Sequence record: OR455461.1
DNA length: 64,000 bases
Strand: one strand, 5' to 3'
Shown here: positions 49,614 to 58,123 of the stretch, in pieces
Layout: each line of letters starts with the position of its first letter
Position numbering within the stretch: the stretch's first letter is position 1
Program-made: the position numbers and the translations under genes
The notes under the pieces: model-generated
What the model saw: the letters and a program-made list of their open reading frames with translations, nothing else
What the model was told of the DNA's origin: nothing
Databases searched by the model: none

Positions 49614-49937
49614 TTATTGAATTACTAATTCTTCTTCTTTCCATAGATTATGCTCTTCTTTACCTTGGAAAGATTGATGTAATCTTCCAGCTTTAGAATA
49701 ATCACTTTTACTTTTATACTCTTTAATTTTATTCTTTTTGACATTTCTCAGATATCTTTCTGATCTAATGTCAAATCTTAATTTGTCTATTTGTTTCATT
49801 AAATTTAATTTCTTTTCAAAATCTTTATTTGAAATTGTTTTGCCATTAGACCTGATTTCTTTGTCTCGTATCACTTGTAATTCTTTTTTTAGTTGTTTAA
49901 TTTTTTCTTCTCTCACCATTTTAATTACACCCCCCAT
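49614..49937 (-). CDS. Basic coiled-coil protein, SKAGRLH paralogue A
   Basis: Shares SKAGRLH..Q..E.H with 50214 protein. Confidence 0.7.
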   Translation of the reverse strand: MGGVIKMVREEKIKQLKKELQVIRDKEIRSNGKTISNKDFEKKLNLMKQIDKLRFDIRSERYLRNVKKNKIKEYKSKSDYSKAGRLHQSFQGKEEHNLWKEEELVIQ

Positions 49938-50101
49938 TTTCTTAATCCGAAAGCTGTAGTATCAAAGCTCTCAATCATTGAATCTATTTCTCTATAAGCC
50001 TGTTCTGATGGATATCTTACTTCATCATAGTAATTGATTAAATCCTCTTCGTTAATTTTAGTTTCCTTTTCAAATTCAATTCCATTTAATAATTCTAACA
50101 T
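49925..50101 (-). CDS. Small acidic protein (58 aa), not in ORF track
   Basis: AAGGAG RBS in promoter cassette; MLELLNGIEFEKETKINEEDLINYYDEV... Confidence 0.6.
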   Translation of the reverse strand: MLELLNGIEFEKETKINEEDLINYYDEVRYPSEQAYREIDSMIESFDTTAFGLRKWGV

Positions 50102-50213
50102 AATAATTTCTCCTTTTAATTTTATTAGAAAGAGATTATGATAATCTCTTTCTTCATTATTATAATATATACTTATTTTAATATACGTTACGCTTTTTCA
50201 AATTCAATTGATT

Positions 50214-50522
50214 CTATGAATTATTGAATATTCTGTGTTTCTCTTGTTTCTGATATTTTCTATGAAGTCTACCTGCTTTAGAAAATTCATCTGAACCTTT
50301 GTAGATATTATCTTCATAATTTTGATCTTTAACTTTCGCTATATGTTTTTCTCTATCGAAGATGTTTTGTTCCTGTTCTACTAGTTCATTAATTTCTTTA
50401 ATTAGTCTTTCTTTTTCTTTGTAAAGTCTTTCTGTTATAGTGCTTGTTCTACTTACTCCCATATCAGAATATATGTTTTTTAATTCTTTTCTTAATTCTG
50501 CTAATTTAGTTTTGTTATTCAT
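50214..50522 (-). CDS. Basic coiled-coil protein, SKAGRLH paralogue B
   Basis: Shared motif; AAGGAG RBS. Confidence 0.7.
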   Translation of the reverse strand: MNNKTKLAELRKELKNIYSDMGVSRTSTITERLYKEKERLIKEINELVEQEQNIFDREKHIAKVKDQNYEDNIYKGSDEFSKAGRLHRKYQKQEKHRIFNNS

Positions 50523-50627
50523 TGATTTTAGCTCCTTTTTATTGTTGGATCATAGAAAATTATAGACTTAATGAACTTGATACATTATATTCATTAAGTC
50601 TTTAAAACAATTATCCTCTTTCCTCCT

Positions 50628-50795
50628 CTATCCTAAATTAGAAAACGGATGTCCAAACTTTATTTCTGAAGCTCTTTTAAGAACTTGTTTTTCCATTTCC
50701 TTTTCCATGATTAATTCGTCAATTTTATTGTTTAATATACCTAATACAATCCCTACTCCAAATCCTACTAATGTTTTTAATACTAATTTTTTCAT
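50628..50795 (-). CDS. Small membrane-anchored protein (55 aa), not in ORF track
   Basis: AAGGAG RBS in promoter cassette; MKKLVLKTLVGFGVGIVLGILNNKID... Confidence 0.6.
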   Translation of the reverse strand: MKKLVLKTLVGFGVGIVLGILNNKIDELIMEKEMEKQVLKRASEIKFGHPFSNLG

Positions 50796-50881
50796 AATAA
50801 TTTCTCCTTTAATTTTTATTAGAAAGATATTAATATTCTATCTTTCTTCATTATTATAATATATACTTATTTTAGTATACA

Positions 50882-51514
50882 TTACGCTTTTTCTAATATA
50901 CCTAAATCATATAAATGGTTAACCATAATATAGAATTCATCTTTATCTATATTTTCATTATTTGGTATCATTTCAAATAAATCATATTTATTTATATTAA
51001 TAATATCTACATTATCCTTATTTTTATCTAAAATACTCTCTATACGAATTGTATTGTGTAATAGATTATTTAGTTCAGGTAGATAAAAATAGATATTTTG
51101 ATACTTACAATTATCTGAATTTAACTCTATAATTAATCCATCTAGTTTGTCTTTAATGTATTTGATAACTCTATCAAATGTGCTACCGTTTGTTAATTTA
51201 AAACCAGTAGATCTGATTACTTCTTTAGTATCAAAAATATTAGATTTAACAATATCATTTAACATCATTAAATCTTCTTTCAATAATTTGATATTTAAAT
51301 TAGATTCATTAAAGTTGTTAGATTTTAATGCTTGATATCTAGATTTTTCTAAATAGTAAATAATGAAATTGTAATAATCTTTTAACGGTTTATAAGATAT
51401 ATATTCTTCATTAATAATATCCATATACTCATTTATTAGTTTTGTATAACTATCATTCGTTTTTATTTCTTTAATATTTGTTACTAGTTCATTGACTTTA
51501 ATCATACATACCAC
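50882..51514 (-). CDS. Hypothetical protein
   Basis: Long ORF. Confidence 0.7.
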   Translation of the reverse strand: MVCMIKVNELVTNIKEIKTNDSYTKLINEYMDIINEEYISYKPLKDYYNFIIYYLEKSRYQALKSNNFNESNLNIKLLKEDLMMLNDIVKSNIFDTKEVIRSTGFKLTNGSTFDRVIKYIKDKLDGLIIELNSDNCKYQNIYFYLPELNNLLHNTIRIESILDKNKDNVDIININKYDLFEMIPNNENIDKDEFYIMVNHLYDLGILEKA

Positions 51515-51545
51515 ACCTTTATTTTTATTGTTGGATCATAGAAAA

Positions 51546-51788
51546 TTACATACCTAGAAAACTAGATATAACATTTACTCGCATTTCAACTATTGATTTT
51601 ACTGTTGATGATAACATAACAAGTGATATCGCTAATATAAGTTTTGTCCTTAAGCTTAATTTTCTTTTAAATATATAATTCTCTAAATAAGTAGATAAGT
51701 ATTTAGAAATTTCAAAAGATCCAAAAGCTATCGCTATTGGTATTAGCGTGTAATATAACAAAGCGATTATTATATCTAATATAAACAT
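51546..51788 (-). CDS. Small membrane protein
   Basis: Two hydrophobic segments. Confidence 0.65.
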   Translation of the reverse strand: MFILDIIIALLYYTLIPIAIAFGSFEISKYLSTYLENYIFKRKLSLRTKLILAISLVMLSSTVKSIVEMRVNVISSFLGM

Positions 51789-51888
51789 TGATTCATCTCC
51801 TTTTTATTTATTTAAAATATATTATTATATATCTTCATTATTATAATATATATTTAAATTAATGATAATTACGAAAAAAAAAATATTA

Positions 51889-51920
51889 GAGGTAACGATC
51901 ATTAATTTGATCGTTACCTC
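51889..51920 (-). terminator. Terminator, near-copy of 17656-17687
   Basis: GAGGTAACGATC/GATCGTTACCTC stem plus poly-T on minus strand. Confidence 0.8.
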
Positions 51921-52639
51921 AATTTTATTAATTCTTTTATTACTGTATAAATATTAATATTGAAACCTTTAAATATAATTACAATCATATTCCATATTAA
52001 TAATAATATTTGAACTGATATAATTATATATTTTTCATTGATATTGTTATTAATATTGTAATGTGATAATTCAAAATTTATTGTATTCATATTTAAAATT
52101 AATATTGAAAATATTAATGGAAATAAAGAAAAGAATGAGGCAAAAGTAACTCTCATACTTTTATCTTTATAAATTCCATAATCTGAAGAATAATGTAATA
52201 CCGTTATTATAAGCAGTATCATTATAAAAAACATAAATACTGAATTTAATATAGAAGAATCTGATATTAATAAACCAAATAAAAATATATTAGCAACAAT
52301 AAATATTCTTAAAATACTTTTCATTTTAATAAAGCCAACAAATACTAAACCTAATATTGTATCAATAAGTATTGCACTTAATATTACGATTAAAATACTC
52401 CAATCCCATATTAAATTTCCATATGAAGATATATCATCAATTATAATTTGTAAAAATATTATTAATAATAAACTTAAATAAACTGTAAAAGAAACTGGAG
52501 TAATGTCATATATACTACTCTTTTTATCTTTTATACTCTTATAGGTATAAAAATAAAATGTAATATATACTGATATTAATAAGAAAGGTATATTCAATAT
52601 CAATGATATAAAATTTAATTTATTTATTAAATCCATCAT
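51914..52639 (-). CDS. Multi-pass membrane protein (about 7 TM)
   Basis: Very hydrophobic ORF. Confidence 0.7.
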   Translation of the reverse strand: MMDLINKLNFISLILNIPFLLISVYITFYFYTYKSIKDKKSSIYDITPVSFTVYLSLLLIIFLQIIIDDISSYGNLIWDWSILIVILSAILIDTILGLVFVGFIKMKSILRIFIVANIFLFGLLISDSSILNSVFMFFIMILLIITVLHYSSDYGIYKDKSMRVTFASFFSLFPLIFSILILNMNTINFELSHYNINNNINEKYIIISVQILLLIWNMIVIIFKGFNINIYTVIKELIKLR

Positions 52640-52658
52640 AATTTAAAACACATTCTTT

Positions 52659-53276
52659 CTATTCTGATTTACTAAATTCATTAATAAAATTATATTCTTG
52701 ATCAATATCTTTAAAGTATTCATCTATAATTTTACTCTGTTTAGATAGTATATTAATCTCTGTTACACTTGGTTTAAGATTAAGAACTTTCTGATTCACT
52801 GTCTCTGATTTAAAAACATCATTTAAACGTTTATTCATAAGAGTAGTATCTATTTTAGAAATATATTCATTTAATTCAATTGTATCAATATCAACAGGTA
52901 TAATAAAGTATAGGTTGGTCTTAATTATTTCATTATCTTCTGTTTTATTTCCTGTATAAATAATATTAACTTTATCAACTGATTTTAATTCAGAATTCAT
53001 AATATTATCAATAATTTTAGCATTTGAATTTTTAAAGTCTTTATCAATATTATCTAAATAATTGTAAAACTCATCAAATCTAACGATATGACCTGTATGG
53101 AAATCAAATCTCATTTTAAACTGATTTTTTCCTTTTTTATTGAATTTAACAACTTCATTAATGTCTTTTATATCATGTGTGTAATCTGGTTTAACTTTTT
53201 TATTAAATTCAAAATTAGACAATAATAAATAATTATTATTGTCTTTATCTTGAAATATTAGAAATTTATTTTTCAT
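52659..53276 (-). CDS. Hypothetical protein
   Basis: Long ORF. Confidence 0.7.
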   Translation of the reverse strand: MKNKFLIFQDKDNNNYLLLSNFEFNKKVKPDYTHDIKDINEVVKFNKKGKNQFKMRFDFHTGHIVRFDEFYNYLDNIDKDFKNSNAKIIDNIMNSELKSVDKVNIIYTGNKTEDNEIIKTNLYFIIPVDIDTIELNEYISKIDTTLMNKRLNDVFKSETVNQKVLNLKPSVTEINILSKQSKIIDEYFKDIDQEYNFINEFSKSE

Positions 53277-53290
53277 AATTCATTTCATCC

Positions 53291-53818
53291 TTATCTGTTT
53301 TTAATTTTGTCAAATCCGTCCATTAATTTAAGTAATTTATATGATATTAATGTTATTGATAAATTATTATAAGTTGATACATAAAGTTCTTTAAGTTCTT
53401 TATTATTAAATTCATCTTCATTAAGTTTATTAATAATTTCATCTAAAGATGTTTCTAATATTAATACTGATTTATAATCATCTTTATTAATATTTGTCTT
53501 AATATCATTTGATGTTTTTAATATAGTACTAATATTCTCTTTATCAGTTCCATTAACTTCATTATTTTTAAATATATCAATTATATTATCTTCAATATTC
53601 TTTAATTCTTTTAGTGAATTGTTAATATTGATACTTATATACATTTTATTATTTTCTAAATCTCTCTTATTACTGATATTCTCTAATATACCTTTTAAGA
53701 TATTCTTATTAGGAAATTCTTCCAATTTACTACTTGTTTGAAAATCCGTTAATTCTTTAAATATTTCTTCAAATGTAAAAACTTCTTGTTTATTTGACAT
53801 ATCCATTTCACTCTCCAT
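53291..53818 (-). CDS. Hypothetical protein
   Basis: Long ORF downstream of early promoter 53873. Confidence 0.7.
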   Translation of the reverse strand: MESEMDMSNKQEVFTFEEIFKELTDFQTSSKLEEFPNKNILKGILENISNKRDLENNKMYISININNSLKELKNIEDNIIDIFKNNEVNGTDKENISTILKTSNDIKTNINKDDYKSVLILETSLDEIINKLNEDEFNNKELKELYVSTYNNLSITLISYKLLKLMDGFDKIKNR

Positions 53819-53890
53819 TTTAATAATTTAATATAGGTAATGAGCGTTATAATATTTGCTCATTACCTATTTATAATATATACTTATTTC

Positions 53891-54952
53891 TTATTTAATA
53901 CTACTGAATAATATTGGATCTGATATTTTAATTCTGTCTTTAGGTACTCCAAAATCTTTTTCTTCTTCATGTAAATTGTAATAAATATTAGCATCATTAA
54001 GTTTAACTGCAATTGAATTACCTAACATTCTATAACTTTTATAATCTGATAATTTAACATCCTTATCAGAATAAATATTTATATTCATATTAAGTAAACC
54101 TAATTTACTTAAATAATCAAATACAAATTTATATCCTTTTCCATTATTAGCTATAAATAAATCATTATCATTTATCTCCCTATTATGAATATGATTAAAT
54201 ACAGATATAATGTCAAAGAAACCTTCTGCTATGTGAACATTATAAACATTTTGGTCTAATACCAAATTATTTGTGATTGAATAAAATCTATTACTTTCTT
54301 CTGCTAAATTTTTAAATATCTTTTGTTTAAAGTGTTTTTTACCAGTAACTTCATTAAACATCTTTCTACAATTTATAGTGTTTCTATCATTTAACATATA
54401 ACTAAAATAATTTTGATTTAATGTATTTATTTGAAGCTTATTATCCATATCAAAATTATTCTTTCTATAGAAATCATTTATATTTAATATTAGTTTATAT
54501 AAACTAATATCTGCTTTACTAATAGTAATTCCTAATCTTTCATTGATATAATTAATTTTTCCTATTTCTAATTCATTGTATTGATCTGGATAGTAATCTA
54601 ATATTTTAGTATTTCTATCTATAAAACTTTTACCGTATTTTCTATTTAAGTTAGATAAGTAATTATTATATTCACTATTAATATAACTACCAATATCTGC
54701 TTGATTAGAGTTTAACATTTCTAGTACTTTACTATTCATAACTCCTGAAGCATTACATCTTTGACAGAAATATTTGAATGGTGTATTATTTTGAATATAC
54801 ATATGTGTTGATTTATTAGATTTTTTAGAATCACCACAAAATGGACATCTAACCATTGTTTCATCTTGAGAAGAAGTTAATCTACATGGATTAACATTCT
54901 GTTTTAGATGATGATATAAAGTTAAATCGTATTTACTCATGTAGATTAACAC
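53891..54952 (-). CDS. DNA primase (T4 gp61-like)
   Basis: Zn finger RCPFCGDS...FCQRCNASG; TOPRIM IAEGFFD; YSDKD...KDFG. Confidence 0.88.
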   Translation of the reverse strand: MLIYMSKYDLTLYHHLKQNVNPCRLTSSQDETMVRCPFCGDSKKSNKSTHMYIQNNTPFKYFCQRCNASGVMNSKVLEMLNSNQADIGSYINSEYNNYLSNLNRKYGKSFIDRNTKILDYYPDQYNELEIGKINYINERLGITISKADISLYKLILNINDFYRKNNFDMDNKLQINTLNQNYFSYMLNDRNTINCRKMFNEVTGKKHFKQKIFKNLAEESNRFYSITNNLVLDQNVYNVHIAEGFFDIISVFNHIHNREINDNDLFIANNGKGYKFVFDYLSKLGLLNMNINIYSDKDVKLSDYKSYRMLGNSIAVKLNDANIYYNLHEEEKDFGVPKDRIKISDPILFSSIK

Positions 54953-54966
54953 TTCTTTCTTTTATA

Positions 54967-55611
54967 TTATAATAAACTAATAATTTTTCGAACGATTTTA
55001 TCAAAGATAGATTCTTGTTTTCCTGCTTTTTTAATATCTACATTATCACGATATTCTTTACCTGTTTCAGGATCTTTTTGAACATTTTGCATTTTATCTT
55101 TAATATTTTTAGCTTTTTCTTCTGTTTTATTTTTAAGACCTTCTGCTGCTTCTTTTGTTTTCTCTACTGTAGGTGATTCAACTACAGTTTCCACAGCTAA
55201 TTCTACTTTACTTGGTTTAACATCATCTCCACGTAAAATTTTCTTATATTCGTTAAATGTAGGATAACCTTCTTTAGCAAATCTATAATCTTCAGTTAAA
55301 TGTCCAAAATATTCAGCTCTACGAATATGAGTAATAGTGTGAGTTTTTCTTTCAGTTCCATATTTTTCTTTGAATTCTTTTAAGATGTAAGTATTACCAT
55401 GTCCTTTATCGATTAAACCAGCAATGAAGTGAACTTGCTCTTTAGTTAATTTTGGTGTACCTTTAGTAGTTGTTTGTTTTTTAGTCATTTTTGAATCATC
55501 CTTTTTATTATTTTTTGACAAATCTATAATTTTTTCGTTATTTGAGTTTTCTAATTTAATTTCTTTTTCTAACTTTTTTCTTTGTCGTTTATTCATGTCG
55601 CATTTCTCCAT
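54967..55611 (-). CDS. Basic protein with possible HTH
   Basis: LTKEQVHFIAGLI...TITHIRR; K/T-rich. Confidence 0.5.
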   Translation of the reverse strand: MEKCDMNKRQRKKLEKEIKLENSNNEKIIDLSKNNKKDDSKMTKKQTTTKGTPKLTKEQVHFIAGLIDKGHGNTYILKEFKEKYGTERKTHTITHIRRAEYFGHLTEDYRFAKEGYPTFNEYKKILRGDDVKPSKVELAVETVVESPTVEKTKEAAEGLKNKTEEKAKNIKDKMQNVQKDPETGKEYRDNVDIKKAGKQESIFDKIVRKIISLL

Positions 55612-56187
55612 TCAATTTAATAGTCTATCAATAAAAATATTATTGTTAAATGTATAAGCACCAGTATTATCTAATTTTTTATAATTAAAATTACTTCTAA
55701 TATATTTTCTAATTCTACTTTTAATGACATTTTCTAAGAAATTAGTTGTATTATATATTTCTGAAATTAATTCGTTTCTCCACTTATTAATTCCATCGGT
55801 TATATCATAAGTGCCAGTTATTCCTAATGATTCATTTTCATATTTATGTCCTAAATTTCCTCTATTAACGCTATATAAAGTATTTAAAACCATATTAAGT
55901 CTTTCAGCAAAAGTGTTACATAAAAATCTAGATATTTCATAATGTGTTGTAGTTAAAGTTACACTTACAACTTTATTAATATCATTGTTAACAATCTTTT
56001 TAATATGTTTTTTAGAATTATCTTTAAAACTGTTAGATTCTTTTATAATATCATTAATAATATCTTGATTAATATAATCCTGATCAATCTTAAGTAATTC
56101 TTTATAAATTTCTTCATAAAATATATCTAACGATTTTTCAGCCATATCGATTAAATTCTTTTCATTATTCTTTTTATATTTTATCAA
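55612..56187 (-). CDS. Hypothetical protein
   Basis: Long ORF. Confidence 0.7.
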   Translation of the reverse strand: MIKYKKNNEKNLIDMAEKSLDIFYEEIYKELLKIDQDYINQDIINDIIKESNSFKDNSKKHIKKIVNNDINKVVSVTLTTTHYEISRFLCNTFAERLNMVLNTLYSVNRGNLGHKYENESLGITGTYDITDGINKWRNELISEIYNTTNFLENVIKSRIRKYIRSNFNYKKLDNTGAYTFNNNIFIDRLLN

Positions 56188-56254
56188 TTCTATAAACCCT
56201 CCATATTTATAAAGTATAATAAGAATGGATAATCATAAAGATTATCCATTAAAA

Positions 56255-56455
56255 TTACTTATTCACTTTGATTGCATAATCATAAAGTATCAAAGCAGTA
56301 TTAAAAGCTATATTATCTAATTTATTAATTCCCCTTTTAATTCTACCAATTTTAGCTCTACTTATTCCAGTACATTTTTCAATTTCATAATTACTAATCT
56401 CTTTATTATTTAATAGTTTTTCTATCTCATATTTAACTTCTTCAGCTTTATTCAC
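56255..56455 (-). CDS. Small XRE-like HTH regulator
   Basis: ISNYEIEKCTGISRAKIGRIKRG. Confidence 0.7.
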   Translation of the reverse strand: MNKAEEVKYEIEKLLNNKEISNYEIEKCTGISRAKIGRIKRGINKLDNIAFNTALILYDYAIKVNK

Positions 56456-58120
56456 TAGCTTTAATACCTACATTTTTTGATTTAGGGTTATTTAGTAAAT
56501 AAACAGCTATTTGTGAGTCTTTATTAAGCGAGTAAGTTCTATTAAATAATCCATCATTATATGAAATTAATTGATTTACTGGATCTTGGACTTTTAACTG
56601 TTCGTATTGTTCTTCTGAAAATAGTGCTATGATGTTTAAAGTGTCACCATCATACGTTTATCTTAATCTATATAAATATTATCATATAGACGAGACTATA
56701 TCATTACCATTTAAGGTAGAATATATTTAGTCGTTGAACAAATTATATTAATTTGATGCTGATTAATTTAATAATCTTCTCAGCAATTAATATTCTTTTC
56801 TATAAATCTCTCAATTTAAAGCGACTATTATTTAATCGGCCATTTGTATTAACTTCATAGAGATTTTTCTATAAAGATTAGACTATATCAAACTCATATT
56901 AGTGAGTGAATTTATTTAGTCGTTGAACAATCATCTTGATTGATGCTGATTAATTTAATAATCTTCTCAGCAATTAAAATTCTTTTGACATTATATTACT
57001 ATAATGAAAGGCTACCTTTATAACCCATACCAGCAAGTATATTATTACTAATACCTACTACTGATGATTCTATATCTTGAATTATATCTTTAATTTTCAA
57101 TATTTGAACAGAGCTTTCACTAATTGAGGGATTTCTATTTAAAATAACTCTCATTCCATTTTCAGTTTTATCAACTAGTTCTCTCATATATTTATATACT
57201 TTAGGATTAAATGTATCTAATGCTCTGTCTAATATTTCTTCACCTTTAGCTAAAGGAATATTTTCTGTTACATACATTAAATTTGCTAAGATAGGTTTAT
57301 ATACTTCTAAGAAGATAGTGTAATTTAATCTGATTTCATTTAATTTAAGGTCAGGTGCTGGAACAATTACTGAACGTGCAGAGAAACCAACACGACTACC
57401 CATTAGTAATTTACGAATAGTTCCACCTTTACCTTTAATATTCTCATTAATTACACGATCACTAATATTAATACTATCATTCTGAATTTTACTTAATAGA
57501 TTTAATTTTTGTAACTCCACTGAATCATCTGTATAATGTCTATCAAGTTCTTTAATACTATTACTATGTGCAATTAATAAATTATAATCTTTATTAATTT
57601 CAGAATGTCTAAAAGTTTTAGTAGCTTTGTTAACTGTAGCAGGTCTTAATTTAGGACTAAATACAGTTACATAATTTTGGAATAGTAAATCAGATAAATA
57701 CCATTGTACTACTCTATTGTAATCTTTAGTTTTACGTTTATCACGTTTAACTTCTTCTTTAAGAATTTTTAAGAAATTCTTTCTAAATTCAATTAAACCA
57801 ATATAAGAGTTATGATCATCTTCAGGTTCAATTACATTACCATTCTCATCAATAGGTTTTTCAGAACTAATAATTTCTTGGAATCTTTTATTACCAATTA
57901 ATTTTTTAACACGTTCATATCCTAATGGATTTAATATATAATTATTACCTAAATCTACAATAGCTTCATTAGTAATATTATCTGCTTCTGAATCAGGACC
58001 GAAGATTTTTTCACTGAAAATACCATCTTCAGTGAAATCTCCTTTTTTATCTATTGATTCATGATTAGTTACAACTGGAACATTTTCTAAATCCTTTTTC
58101 TTGAGTAAAAATCTAACCAT
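56448..58120 (-). CDS. rpoC: Non-virion RNA polymerase beta' subunit, N-terminal part, 3 exons: join(58120..57023, 56840..56835, 56654..56448), 436 aa
   Basis: DGIFSEKIFG, MGSRVGFSARSVI, LNRNPS. Splicing gives LAGMG|AD|YDGDTLNII, the catalytic DxDGD motif. Close to AR9 nvRNAP beta'N from recall. Confidence 0.93.
56655..56834 (-). mobile_element. Group I intron rpoC-I2, 180 nt, no ORF
   Basis: P1 CGAU/GUCG; P10 AUAAUA/UAUGAU; P3 AGAAUAU/AUAUUCU; conserved core; terminal G 56655. Confidence 0.92.
56841..57022 (-). mobile_element. Group I intron rpoC-I1, 182 nt, no ORF
   Basis: P1 GGGU/GCCU; P2 CAUUAUA-GUAA-UAUAAUG; P3 GAAUUU/AAAUUC; conserved core; terminal G 56841. Confidence 0.92.
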
Positions 58121-58123
58121 AAC

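Noticed and set aside
56448-57022. Stop-codon reassignment or read-through explaining split genes
   Set aside because: Long ORFs elsewhere end normally on all three stops under code 11, and read-through would not rebuild DYDGD.
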